From assembly GCF_009834535.1 (NCBI RefSeq), contig NC_045696.1, forward strand, positions 87,484,001 to 87,548,000: a stretch of 64,000 nt of DNA, in the 5' to 3' direction. The notes under the pieces were generated by a model. It was not told the origin of the DNA, did no database searches, and worked only from the letters and a program-made list of their open reading frames with translations. Origin of the DNA: Camelus ferus (lineage: Eukaryota). Below, piece by piece: positions 1-12,846 of this stretch. Every line of letters starts with the position of its first letter. Position 1 is the first letter of the stretch. The position numbers and the translations under genes were made by a program.

Positions 1-129
1 TATTCTTTCTTAGCACCACCTCTGGAATCTGAGACTCCTCCACAGAGCTCACGTTGTGACCAATGTTTCACCTGAAAACAACTATGGGAACCCCTGGACC
101 CACTCTCCAAGTATGCCCCTCCCCTAGTA

Positions 130-560
130 TTGTAAACTACTGTTCCAGTCAGAAACATGAGGCATAATAACTGCTTCTTCCTCACCAAACCCCCACGTAC
201 ATTCAGTTCAATAAGACCTCTTTGGCTCTGTCTCAAATCAACTATCCATTTCCCTTCTCCTCCACTGACAGTATGCTGGTTCAAGAAAACATGATCTCTC
301 CCCTAAACTGCAAACAGGTTATATTGTTTGGTTTCTCTGATATCAGGTTTATCTTCTCATCCTAGTCTCCACAAAGCTATACAGGATGATTGTTCTTATC
401 TTGCTTGATATCCTTTCACTGTTTTCACTTGCACTTGAGAAAACAAATCAGTTAGCGTCACCCAATAGTCTCTGCTTGATCAAGAACAGCCTGTCTCAAA
501 TCTCATCTCCTACCCCACTATGGACCAGTTACATTGGCTTTCTTTCAGTTCTTTGTGTCA
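130..560 (+). mobile_element. L2 LINE remnant
   Basis: Diverged pyrimidine-rich sequence resembling the L2 3' region. Confidence 0.45.
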
Positions 561-611
561 GTCACCTCAGGACTTCTACTCAGAACAGAAAATCAGTAGA
601 CCTGTGTACGC

Positions 612-760
612 CCACCACTGACATGCTAGCTATGTGTAAGTGAACAGATCACTTAGTCATATTTTGAACTTTATTTTTCTCATCTGTAAAATACCTTCTT
701 CACAGAAGAGTTGTATGATCTTACATAGATACTATAGGAAAATGTGCTCTACAAAATTAA
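612..760 (+). mobile_element. MIR SINE fragment
   Basis: Core motif actgac..ctagctatgtg..cagatcactta..tttctcatctgtaaaata. Confidence 0.6.
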
Positions 761-1244
761 ATCTCTAAAAAAGAATACGCATTACACATGACTGTATTCT
801 GCACTCTTGGAAGCCTTGATAAAGAGACAATTTTTAATATCTCAGTGGACTTGGAAAAAAACAACTCTGGATAGAAATGGATAGATTAGTTTTGTCATAT
901 ATATTAATGATTGAAAGTGAATAATTCTTGTTCATAGATTTAAAAGATACCAGGAGAAAAGCCTCTGTAAATGTTTAGACTTAGCAAAGAATACTTTATA
1001 TAGAGGACTCTAAACCGAGACAAGACAGAATTATGTCAGGAAATATACAATATAGAGGAAGTGGTTATCCACTCTCAAAATCTGTAGGGTAACCAGAAAA
1101 ACAGCCTGTCAGCTGGTCTGTGGGGCAGTGTGGCATCCTTCTGTTATAAAGAAAATACCCCTTCAGACTGAAGAAATTTCCTGAGCATTTCTTAGAGAGA
1201 GGGTGTGCTATCACTGCATCCTCTTACTTTCTTTCCTTCATCTA

Positions 1245-1960
1245 TCAGGTCTTTATTTTGCTGTCATTACTCAAGGATATTTTTTTGGTGTGTATGGAAT
1301 TCTGGATTGACACTTCTTTTCTTTCAGAACTTTAAAGAGGTTGTTTCACTATACGTATTTTTTTGAGAAATTTTCAGTCATTTGAATTGTTGTTCATATA
1401 TATATTTTTTACTGTTTGCAAGACTTATTTTCCTTATCTTTGATATACAGTGTATGTGTGATATGTCTGAGAATAGTTTTCTTTGATTTTATGCTGTTTG
1501 ATTTTCACTAATTTTCTTGAATCTGTATATTTGTCTTTTGAGGGGAGTTACTAGCTGTTTTCTAAAAAAAAAAAAAAAAAGGAGTTTTTCTGCATTAATA
1601 TACTTCTCTCTTTCTGAAACTCCCATGGACACTGAGGCTCTGTTCACTTGTTTTCTATTTTTTTCTCTGCTCTTCAGCTTGGATGATTTCTAGTGACATA
1701 TCATGAAGTTAGCTGACTTTTTTCTATTATTGCCATTCTGCTATTGAGCCCTTTCAGAACAAATTTTTATTTCAGATACTGTGCTTTCCAGTTCTAAAAC
1801 TGCCATTTGGTTCCCATTTACAGTTTCTATTTTTCTCCTGAAATATATCTTTCCATTCATTTCAAGAGCTTTTACTCTTATATTACAGAGCATGGTTAAA
1901 GCTGCCTTAAAGTTTATGTCTGATGATTCCTGTATTTGATCCATCGTGAGCTGGCATTTG
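1245..1960 (-). mobile_element. Ancient L1 (L1M) ORF1-region fragment
   Basis: Minus translation ETVNGNQMAVLELESTVSEIK resembles the ORF1p coiled coil; typical antisense L1M text. Confidence 0.7.
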
Positions 1961-2083
1961 TTCATTTGGGAGAGGCCCAGAATGGGCACTTTTAATAAGC
2001 ACCTCAGTTTCTCTGATGCAAGCCATTTAGAACATCTGAAGGAAACAGAAAATAATACTGAATACATAAGGGACCCTGCTTAC

Positions 2084-2138
2084 CTTTTAATGAAAATTTT
2101 CAGTCTTAAAGAAAAACAGCTTGATAAAGACATATCCT
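2084..2138 (-). pseudogene. Possible pseudo-exon (phase 1->2): EDMSLSSCFSLRLKIFIK
   Basis: Acceptor ttttgttctcttttgcgag|, donor AAG|gtaagc, open in the required phase. Confidence 0.35.
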
Positions 2139-2556
2139 CTCGCAAAAGAGAACAAAATTACCCTATCTCATAATGTTCATCACCACTTGGTAAAGCACTT
2201 GCTATGATCACTTTGATGTAATTATATATTTGAGACTGTGATGTCTTACTCCAGTAGACATGCCCCTGACACACACACCCCCCCCAGTAATGTAAGAGAT
2301 ATCAACATCTTATACTATAGAATATCCCTGATTAAAATAAGTTAATAAAATGCCAAGCAAAAGAAAGGGAGCATTTCACATAATTAGAAGCATAAAGTCC
2401 ATTTAAGAGGACATGTTTATCTAGATTATTGAGTGCATAAAGGCCCAATTTTAATCTGATTGGTAATTTTCTTGGAAAAAATATTAATATAATTAATAAT
2501 GAAGAAAGATACACTCACAGAGCCACTAATTTTTTTTTTTAAAGTGAAGATATTAC

Positions 2557-2630
2557 CTATTTTGTTCCCTAGATACAAAAGTTCCAGTTAGAGCTGCTCA
2601 CATCGTAGTTCTAATACTCTCATCAAAAGC
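2557..2630 (-). pseudogene. Pseudo-exon (phase 2->1): LLMRVLELRCEQL*LELLYLGNKI
   Basis: Strong acceptor ctgtgcatttttcctgttattctaag|, donor AG|gtaata; CA|G joins the upstream exon as Gln. Confidence 0.6.
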
Positions 2631-3849
2631 CTTAGAATAACAGGAAAAATGCACAGAAGAGTTACACTGCAGGTTTTCTCCTACAAGATTACAGTGTATA
2701 GAAATAAAGTCTCTCATCAATTATCTTCATTTATGTGAAAAAAAAAAAAACATGAATTCTCTATTGTCCATCTAGAAACAACAAATTTTAATCACTTTAG
2801 CTTTTTTCAGCTTCAGTTTTGAGGTGTAGACATGCACCAGTTTAACTGGGACTCTATTACATCTCCCCTGCCTGAATGCTTTTCTCACCAGAAATGTTCA
2901 GTCTTCCTGAAGCTACTAATCCATAAACAATTATTCTACTCCAAAGACTGCTAATTCTCCAGGCAGAAATAATATAGAGTACTATTATTTTGTCATGACA
3001 AATTTTCATCCATTCAGCTTGGCCAGACAACAAATATTTATTTAGGATCTCCTTTTGTGAACACTGTGTTAAACTCTGAAAGGACGGTCATGAAGAAACA
3101 AGATAGAAATTCGGATTTTTTAAAAAAAACTTAATTCTCTTCCACAATCACTGACTATGCGGCACATAGGCACAAGGCACTGTACTATGTATGTGTGTGT
3201 GTGCACACGTTTCATATATATGCATATATATGCTGAATTTCAATTTATATATTTTATCTGAAAAAACAGACAAGAGCTTAACCTTTACTAATACTTAATA
3301 TACATAAAGATATTATATATGCATATATTTTATAAATAAGCATACACATTTAGTTATATACTCAAAAGTTTGGGAAAATGATGTGTTCTTGGACTCTCAT
3401 ACATCTATCGCAGCAGTAGCATATTGAATTTTAGTTTGCTACTTTGAGAAAAAAATCAAGCCTTTTTATTCATTAATATGCACAGTATTTAGCAGAGAGT
3501 TGCAAAAGCTTGAATTAATTTTTAAAATGATAGATACATAAATACGGAATGTATACACCTTCTAAGGTAGTAAATGCCACTTAGAAGTTGTTCAAATTTT
3601 GAGAGATTAAAATGGTAGAGAAAGTAGCATATTGGGTCAAATAAACTGTGCAGTATTTCATTTCTACAGTAATCCTCTGTGAATTTATGATTACTAATTT
3701 ATTTAGCTTCTTATAAAAACTATATGAATAGAAATGAATAGATATGTCCCCTATGAGGAAAACATACATTTTAATAATATATATTGTGGTCAATCTATTA
3801 TCTAGTCATTTGAATATATACTTTTTTAAATTTTAAACAATACGGTTAC

Positions 3850-3966
3850 TGAAGGGTGTATCAGTATTCCTGAACAAACGTTGCCATTATGCACCTTGTC
3901 ATTTTATGTAAAACTGGAAAACACTCGCTATGAACTAGCCAATCCACAAAAGCAGTTGATAAATAC
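3850..3966 (-). pseudogene. Pseudo-exon (phase 2->2): YLSTAFVDWLVHSECFPVLHKMTRCIMATFVQEY*YTL
   Basis: Acceptor aatacatag|, donor CA|gtaacc, one TGA. Confidence 0.55.
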
Positions 3967-4102
3967 CTATGTATTTTCAGGTATGACCCACACATTCCAA
4001 AATACAGACATGAGCTGACAAAAGCAGCCAAAAATGGGCAGAAGTAAATTAAGGGGAGAAGCAAGAAGCATGCAAGGGGCCAGAAAAACCAGATTTTAAA
4101 AA

Positions 4103-4423
4103 ACAAAAAAAGAGAAACAAAGACACTAATGAACTTATGTACAAAAGAGAAACAAACTCACAGACCTAGTAAATAAACATATGGTTACCAGGGTGGGGTA
4201 GATTGGGAGTTGGAGATTTGCAAATACTAACAACTATAAACAATAGATAAAAAGTAAATTTCTTCTGTATAGGACAGTGAACTATATTCAATATCTTGTA
4301 GTAACCTATAATGAAAAAGAACATGGAAACTGGTATGTGTATGTATATGTATGACTGAAACATTATGCTATACACCAGAAACTGACACATTGTAACTGAC
4401 TAAACTTTAATTTAAAAAAAAAA
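4103..4423 (+). mobile_element. 5'-truncated L1 3' end (cetartiodactyl/camelid type) with poly(A)
   Basis: aatgaacttatgtacaaaagagaaacaaactcacagac...aactatattcaatatcttgtagtaacctataatgaaaaag...poly A. Confidence 0.85.
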
Positions 4424-6389
4424 GGTGCACGATTAACCTTGGGGAAGGGGAAGGTCTCTCCCTAAAGTACAGAAGCTGTATCTCTTATTTGACACAAGAA
4501 CATGGAATTAGGAACATGGGTGCAATGGCTTCTGACAGAAGTCTTTCTAGACATGGTATCAGAGATGCAAAGGCAGCAAAGCCACACACAGAAATCATAC
4601 AGACTAGCAATTTTTATCAGAAGGCATTTTCTCTGTGACCACAAAGCAGGACCTTGTAAGCAGCCTAGAATGCTAATGTGGCCCCACCCTATCCCATATC
4701 AGAGCCTCCTGCCAACAGCCACACCAGAAGCTCTAACTCTTTTATTTAGTAGAAATAAAAATAAACTGACAGAGATTTTTTAAAATGCAACAAGAAAAAT
4801 ATACAAAAATGTGGTAAACTTACTCAACAGAGATATTTTCCTAAAGTTACAATCAACATTTTGCTATGATAAAAGAAAACAAAGTTGTAAAGACATAATC
4901 TCCTCTATTAAAGAAGATCACCAAAAAGAAAATTAATATATTTCAGTTAAAACATAATTAATTTAAAAAAATAAACAAGAACATAGGGTCAAAACAGTGA
5001 AACAAACGGACTGAAAAAATGAGCTGGAAGCCACAAAATGGAAATATGACAATTACTGTGTCATAGTCCAAGTCCACAAAACAAAATAAAATTGATGCTG
5101 GAAAAAAATGTGCAAATATGTTATTTAAGAGTGCAATTTCAGGACAGCAAAAAGCTAAAGAAAAGGGGAATGAGGCCGAGAAGAAGAGAGAAGAAAAATT
5201 ACAGAGGGCTTCACTGAACTGGCCATGGCAGAGTGGCAAGCATCCCTTACTGCTTTTCTTGAAGGACACTTTCCTAGAGGCCTTATTGCATCTATGAACA
5301 ATCTGTCCTGAGGACAGGGAAGGAGAATTTATCTGTAGGTTTCTGTATCCTTAGTGAAGGTTCACTGCATAGGGCTTCAACTCTCCCAGGCTTCTGAGTT
5401 GCACCAGTCTGCCCAAACATCGGCTGCAGAAACCAGTATCCAACAGAGCAATGATGACCTCGTGGGCCTTGCACAGGCCAGTGAACTCCTGATCTGCTGC
5501 TTTATGGGCCTGCACTGAGTCCATGGGTGACAAGTCAGTCCTGCTGTTTCTCACGCCTCAGCAGTAACAGGGAAACCCCAGAGCCAAAGGTGAGAGGCAT
5601 GGGAAGCAGGCATCAGACTACATACCACTGTTTGTCTGTTTGTTTTCTCTCTCTGTATATGACTAGAATGACCTGGAACAAGCAGCAAACCAACACCCAT
5701 GGTCTTTAGAGAAACAACAACCTAACTTCATGCCTGTTAGAAGAGCAAGCTCTTGCTAGGGGTACTGTGGCCAGAAAGCAACAAAGTTCATAGACCCAGT
5801 GTGATGCATAAACTGAGTTCTGTGGGATGTGACTGGTGAGGATGCAGATGTAGTAAGCAAAGAAAATTGTGGCCATAATGCAACTAGAAACAAATTTAGA
5901 TGCAAGGGATAAAAAAATGTGGTTAGTGGGGTGAGTTTGCTGATAGCCTTGCTTCTGGTGGAAGACAAGGAATATCTCTTGCAACTGTCCTATCAATTAA
6001 TAAGAATATAAGCATATTTAATGGTATAAACTGAAACAAATAAGAAAGATTATATTATTTCCTAAATTTGAATGGTAGGTGAGAAAGATGGAAGAATGGG
6101 AATAACTCTTCACACCAATGAAAATGAATGAAATTAACATGCCTAAAATAAATATAATGATGCGGCCAAGGTCACAAAATTATTAAGTAGCAGGATCAGG
6201 AAGAGAACTCAGGTCTTCTGATCCTTGGCAGGTGCTGAAATGCTGTCCAGCACTGCACTATTCCACGATGATCATGAAGCAGATGGTAGTCCTTAGAAAA
6301 CATTGAGCTGTAAACAACAGGATGCACGAGCATGTTCACAGAGGGCGTGAACACACACACTGCACACACACACATTCACATACATATAC

Positions 6390-6450
6390 CTTAAAACAAG
6401 CCAAGGCTCATTCTGAGTATTGCACATCTAGTTTTGTCATTTTTAATAAG
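6390..6450 (-). pseudogene. Pseudo-exon (phase 1->2) ending ...CNTQNEPWLVL
   Basis: Strong acceptor catttttttaccctctccaaatttacag|, donor AAG|gtatat; 61-nt length bridges flanking phases, but 3 stops. Confidence 0.45.
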
Positions 6451-6683
6451 CTGTAAATTTGGAGAGGGTAAAAAAATGTGTCTCCCATTTTTGCTTTGTT
6501 TTGATTCAGTCTGGACTTTTGACTTCTTAAAATAAACTTTTCTCCAAACACTTAAGAGACTTATGACAAAACACTACGTTGTGCACTTGAAACCTTAAGG
6601 AGGGACTCTCTATCATAGATACAGTGATAAGCTGTTGAATAGCATCCTACGTACGTGAGAGTGTGTTGCATCATCTAAGGTAC

Positions 6684-6802
6684 CAGAGGAATTTACAAAG
6701 ATGCTGTTGACCATATGCCTAATGTGCCCCTCTTCTTTAGACAACAAAGTGGATCAAAAAATAGCTGTATCTAAATTTCAGAACACATTTTGGAACATCT
6801 CT
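6684..6802 (-). pseudogene. Pseudo-exon (phase 2->1): EMFQNVF*NLDTAIF*STLLSKEEGHIRHMVNSIFVNSS
   Basis: Acceptor gtttatttcacattccag|, donor TG|gtacct, two TGA. Confidence 0.5.
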
Positions 6803-8589
6803 CTGGAATGTGAAATAAACATGCTAAAAACATGCAATTTGATTTTTGAATCTTGCTTCCAAACTTTGAGCAATTGATTATCTTTAGTTCACATTAGAGT
6901 TAAAATTAGAAATTTTAGACTCTTTTTTTCTGCTATAAAAGTATATCCAGTCACTTTATTGTTTAACTCAAAAGAGTCTTGGAATTCTTTCAGACTGAAA
7001 TATTGAACAAGGAAATAGTGAATCTGACCAGAGTGATAATCTTACAAATATACAGCAGAGTTAGAGATAAATGCCTCAAGAATCAAGTGACAGTATTTAC
7101 TCAGGCCCAGCAAAGAGAAGGCTGATAGACATTCTGCATCTGAGGAGTGTCAGCAGGTCATCCAGCCAAATCCTGGCTTGAAGTTCCATGGTTATTTGCA
7201 ATACAGGCTTGTTCCAAGGGTCACAGAAGCAGAGCACAGCTTTTCATTTGATGCTAGGCTGTATCAATAAATGTAAGAAGAGTGTACTGCACCCGGAAAT
7301 CTTTGTGAGCAGTGGTGCAACAGAAGCTACTTGTCTGAACCAGAAGAATGGCTGCTTAGACAGAAACCATTTGGTACATGGCACAGCTAGACCTCAAGGG
7401 TGAGAAACGGCTAGTCTATTAGGGCTGGGTTTCTTTTTTTTTTTTTTTTTTCTCTCCTGAAAAACAGAATCCCAGTACATATTTGTCTTCTGGCCTCAGC
7501 TCAGTGATTGTCAGAACCAAGAAAACAAGGCTTGACAGGCTGATGGGTGGACTGAAAAAATAACAATAAAGTGTGATAAAGCAGTGACTAACCTAGTGGC
7601 CCGTGGCTCAGATAATGCCATTGTGATGGCAGCCTGAAACCAGTGTGTTCTTCCAAGACTCAGAGCAGTGAATTCAAAACTGGCTGCCACTGCCACTTGG
7701 CTGATGTCTGGGACAACTTAGGGCAGGGAGGAGCCAGAGAGTGTTTCAAAGACACTGCCAACAAGACTGGAGGGAAGAGCATCTCCTATTTGTTCTCATA
7801 CAGCTGCCCGTTTCCAAAGGTCTCAAATATCAGAGGGCTTTGCAGGAGAGACTCTTGATCCTGAATGTTTTGTTAGGGGAGGGGATAGAGAAATGGAGGA
7901 GATATCTAATCATTCACAGAGACAACAGCTCTCAAACGGCTGTGCTTACATACTGTCTCTGGCAGGGCAGAACAGGCAGCTGGATTTGTTCATTTACTGT
8001 TTAATTCTGCAAGCAGCTGACTGGCAGGCCAGAACTCATTCATCAATGCCTTCAGAACCACGAGTTCAAGCCTTCCATGGAATCTTTGTGGCATTTAACT
8101 TAATGTGGTTTCTATATTTGGTGGGTTAGACGACTATGCAGGCTGGATCCTGTTTAAACATAAGGACTTATGGGCACAGAATACATTTATGGTGGTTGAA
8201 GGTGATGGGGCGGGCCAGATTGCCCTTCTAGGATGAGTATCTTCTCCCTGGGAGAGGCAAGGTTATTTAGAATTTCCATCAGTGACGCAGCCCCTGCCTT
8301 TGACAACGTGCTACTGTAACCCTACGTCAAGGGTGCTGGTCCTTGATAAGGCTCTTGTTTCTGTGCTGTCTGCATACCTTACACACATGTGCCCAACATC
8401 AAACGAAACTCAGGATTAATCAGCTGATGTTATAAATAGTAGTTTCAGGTTAAAGAATGAGACTGGAAACCCACAGTAGAGCTCCGCAAAACTACCAAGC
8501 TTCAGAGTGGACCCCCACAAAATTAGAATAGACCCAGATGGGAGGAATAAAGGTGCAAGCTCACCGTATGGTGCCGGCCATCACGGGAT

Positions 8590-8910
8590 AGTGTGGTGGT
8601 TCTAATACAGACTTTGACTCAACAAATCACTCTTAATCATCATCCTACCACTTCCTATATTGCTTTAGAGAATGTTAAATCTTCAAATATCAAAGAATTC
8701 ACGTACCCACCCTCCCCCACAAAAAAAAAAGAAAGGGAAAAATGGAAACGAGACACTTAACGCATGGAGCTTTTGTAAGGATTAAAGAAGATAATGTTAA
8801 AGTGCTAAGCATAGTGCCTCCTTAAAAAAAAAAAGAATCCCAGGACATATTTGTCTGAGAAATCTCCTCATACACATGAGCCCCAGAAATAGTAGTTACA
8901 ATGATTATAA
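8590..8910 (+). mobile_element. MIR, interrupted by a short insertion
   Basis: gtaaggattaaagaagataatgttaaagtgctaagcatagtgcct...acacatgagccccagaaatagtagtta. Confidence 0.5.
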
Positions 8911-9677
8911 TGATCATATTGCTATTTTGAATATTCTTTTTCCAGAATTTCTTTTTCTAATTTGAAGCTCTGTTACGGGATGGCCACCCAATCAGTATTT
9001 GTTACAACAGATTTTTTACACTAATTTATTACGCTGAGAATGTAGAGTGGGCTTGGGGCAGAATGACAGCTCCAGTCACAAGGCAGTCTGAGGAGAGCAG
9101 ACCACCAGCCCAGGGGAAGCAGAGGGCCTAGGGCATGCACGTGGTACAACAGGACTTATGAAGGGAGCACTGAGAAAGGAAAGTGATGGATGAGGAGGAC
9201 GAGACAAATACATCCACTCGATTTTTCACTATTCATTGTTGAGCCCCCCACCCCCACTAAAGGTTGAAGGCATGAAATAAATCCAATGCAAAGAAGACAA
9301 TCACCTCACTGACACAATCCAGAGCCCCCATCCTGTCATCTGCTCATTGATGCATTCTGCACCAGCAAGAGTTTCTCAAAAATGAATCCCTCATTTGTTA
9401 CAGCATCTGCATGACCTGTAAGGGCATTTCGGATATCACTTCTAAATCCTCTCACTGATCCTGGGATTTCTCTCCCTCTCAGCCCACAGGCCTGTGACCC
9501 CCCAGTTTCTCCCCTGTTTCAACCGGAGAGGTAATTCACAGTCTATCCTTACGGTGGAGAAGCTCAGATGGGATAAGATGTATGACAAGGCTGTGGGAAT
9601 TGTACAGCACTGCTCAAGTTTCAGTTCTAGGGAATCAAATGACCGTCAACCTACTGTCTTCTTCTAGGGCACAACGT

Positions 9678-9780
9678 ATTTAGTGATACAGTAAAATGCC
9701 ATGGGTCTTAGTGACAGAAAGAAGTGAGTTCAAATCTATGCTCTACCACTTACTGATTAAGTGACCTTGGACAAGATATC
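9678..9780 (+). mobile_element. MIR fragment
   Basis: gagttcaaatctatgctctaccacttactgattaagtgaccttggacaag. Confidence 0.65.
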
Positions 9781-10432
9781 GTTAAAGAATAGTCGTATAA
9801 TATTTTTAAATGATATACATGCATCCATATGCATATCTATCTATCTATCTATCTATACACACATGGGGTAGGGGAAAAGAGAGAGAAAGGGACTTGATGT
9901 AGAGTTTAAATCGTTCAACTAAAGGACTTTTTTTTCCTAGGAAAAAAGTAGCTTTAGGAGGGAAGCTAAATGTATGTAAATGTGTACGTGTACGTATATG
10001 TTTGTGTGTATGTATTTTGGTGGCAGGGATGACAGGAATCTAAATAATTGCAAAGTCATCAGAAGAGTTAGGAGCATTTCTGAGCTTATCTCCAGGAAAG
10101 CATACATCTGCAAAACTATGGATTTGATTCAAAGGATTTGAATGAAAATGGAGGAAAAAATGAAAAGAGAAAATACAGTTATGGTTACACGGAAAGACAT
10201 TTTAACAACTGGCCCAAGAAAAAACAGAATTTCTGGTTTAAAAAAATCTGGGAGAGGTCTCTAAGAAAAATAAGGAAAATCTCTCCTCTTTACTAGGAAC
10301 AGACTTGATGGCTCCCCCAAAGATAAGAGTACGGAAAATCTGCAGGTGAGGATGACAACACACGGAAAGTGTGAACTATAACACAGGCTGGACAGGGTGG
10401 CTATGGGTTATGGGAGAACTCCCCCACCCTTA

Positions 10433-10433
<1 letters not shown>

Positions 10434-10466
<33 letters not shown>
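10434..10466. repeat. (CA)n microsatellite
   Basis: Direct observation. Confidence 0.95.
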
Positions 10467-10468
<2 letters not shown>

Positions 10469-10923
10469 CACACTTTAATCCCTGAATAGGTTTTGACCTT
10501 GTAGCCATGGAGCTAAGAGTTCCAGATCACTCCAATATTCCTGGAGCATTTTTGGCCTCTCTTGAAATGGCCAAAATAATAGAAAAAGTATCAAAGAAGT
10601 AAAAACATAACAGCAGAGGACATCAAGGACATCTTAAAGTATGTAATATTTTACCCAGATACGTTGTTGCAAAAGGAGCAGTATGACCGCAAAAGCAATA
10701 GTAAAATGTTGCATGCAGTTAGTTAGGAAGGGCAAGCCATATGTTCTAATAATCCAATTCTAAGTAAAATGCATACATATTTTAGAGTTAGTGATGTGCA
10801 TTAGCATGGTACTTAAGAATGTTTCGACAACACAGGTTTTGGATAAAAAAGACAATGAGAAAAATAAACTATAACATGCATCATAGCCCACATAGCCTTT
10901 GAGATTATATATGACATACTTAC

Positions 10924-10976
10924 ACTGTGAGAACTAACTTCATCCACTTAGTTATACAGAATTGGCTAATTACAAC
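10924..10976 (-). pseudogene. Pseudo-exon (phase 0->2): VVISQFCITKWMKLVLT
   Basis: Acceptor ...aattcag|, donor |gtaagt, open frame; 89-nt upstream intron. Confidence 0.5.
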
Positions 10977-11065
10977 CTGAATTCCCTTGGAGCAAAATAC
11001 CAGAGCTAAAGCAAAGGCATTTCTGCTAACTAAAGAAGAAAGAGAAAGGAAACAAGGAGTCCTAC

Positions 11066-11205
11066 CCTCAGGATTATACTTCTTGTCTGTGTATGCATCG
11101 ATTCATATTTTTCATGAGCTTTTTCATCACATTTACTAGATTAATTTCTAAGCCATCTCAGCCAGACTGCTTTTTAGTATTATTCATGGAAGATATTTTC
11201 ATAGG
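11066..11205 (-). pseudogene. Pseudo-exon (phase 1->0): AYENIFHE*Y*KAVWLRWLRN*SSKCDEKAHEKYESMHTQTRSIILR
   Basis: Acceptor ctatttattttatag|, donor AGG|gtagga, 3 TAA. Confidence 0.5.
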
Positions 11206-11285
11206 CTATAAAATAAATAGTACATCCAAGAAATTCAACAAGCTATTCTTTTAAAATCTGAAAAGCACAAATAGTTTTTAAATTC

Positions 11286-11433
11286 TTTTTTTTTTTAACG
11301 TTTTTTTAGAGGGGAGGAAGAGGTAATTAGGTTTATTTATTTAGTTAGTTATTTTTAATGGAGGTACTGGGGATAGAACCCATGACCTCAGGCATGCTAA
11401 GCATACACTCTACCACTGAGTTATACCCGCCCC
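11286..11433 (-). mobile_element. Camelid-type tRNA-derived SINE (vic-1-like)
   Basis: Reverse complement reads ggggcgggtataactcagtggtagagtgtatgcttagcatgcctgaggtcatgggttctatccccagtacctcc with A/B boxes and A-rich tail; same family as 63471-63648. Confidence 0.85.
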
Positions 11434-12846
11434 TGCTTCAGATTCTTGAGAATAAGCCTAAACAGTTAAATACACCTTGTAATACAATAAATTAGCTTTT
11501 TTTCATGGATTTACAAAAATATTGATAGTCTCTGGTGGCTGTTTCTATCTTTAGCTCTTGTCTGAGGTAAACAACAAGAAGAGATGACCATGATATTGTG
11601 AAATTATGTAGATAGGCGAAAATAAAAAAAAAAAAAGACTAAGAGGGCTGTGGGGCCAGACCTCTGCCTGGATTTGCACCATATCTTAAAAACAGGATGG
11701 CAATATTGTGGGCAGACACTTATTACTGTAAATCATTAAGTGCCTCAGGCTTCAAAGTAGAAATATATTAGCTATATCTCATGGTTTCCCCAAACTCAGT
11801 ATTATTGGACAAAATAATGGCACTAGTGATACAACGGAAACAGAAAAAGTGCCTCTGGTTGTATTTTCAATTTATTATTCTCCAGACATTTCATTATAAC
11901 CTGGCCCAGCTTTTAAGTTCAAAGGGTGCACATTCTGAACAAAACGAATACATGATGAGGAAATCACCATATGTCCAGGACATTCATCTAAGCTTTAATT
12001 TTAAGGAAAATTAATAAATTAGTGATTTTTAACATTCTATGCTCCAGTGGGAAGAGAAAATTAGCACAAGGAACAGATGAAGAGTATTAATTCCATATGA
12101 TGAAAATGTTCTGAAAGAAACTGAAATAGGCAAACTTTGGAATTACAACTTTGGCTTGACATTTTCTTATAACTTGTCCTATGTTTGTTTTGAATACATA
12201 CATCATTTAGAATATGCTCTAAAAAACTCGAAATTCAACAATCATAATTGAATAAAACATGTAGAATAATTAATTTCAGTTGTGGTAACAGTAAATACTA
12301 AAATGAAAAAAGATTCAAATACTTGTTTTCATGTATTTATTTGCTATTACCATTAGACTAATAATTACACACCCATTATTTTAAGTTGGAAGGAAAATTA
12401 GATAATTTATGAATCTATTAAATTTGTGATTGTATCATGACATATAATCATTTGATGATTTCAGTAAGGTCATATAAATAGGAAAACTTTCCTGTCAGGA
12501 GAATGTGTTAATATTAGATTTTAAAGCTTAAGAAATGCTCACACATTTTTCTGTATCTTATTGCTAAATGTAAATTTATTCAAAGCAGAACATATGACTT
12601 AATGTAAATGGTTTGTCTTGACAAAAATGCCTGAGTCAAGTTGCTAATTAATAACTTCTCTGCTGTGTCCTGAATAAGACAACAGGCTATAAGGAGAGAA
12701 GCCTGGATATTAATTTGGGTTCTACCATCAACCATCTGAGTGATCTGAATAAGGTGCTAGAGGCTTTAACTTCATTATGAAACAACAAGAATCATCTAGG
12801 CTGAGCAGATTCGTAGGAACCAGAATCTGTAATTTCTTGTTCTTAC

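Noticed and set aside
3850..3966. DEP domain suggested by the FVDWLV motif
   Set aside because: Only a short motif matches; the rest of the segment shows no DEP pattern
11360..11433. tRNA gene
   Set aside because: tRNA-like A/B boxes belong to a SINE head followed by SINE body and A-rich tail
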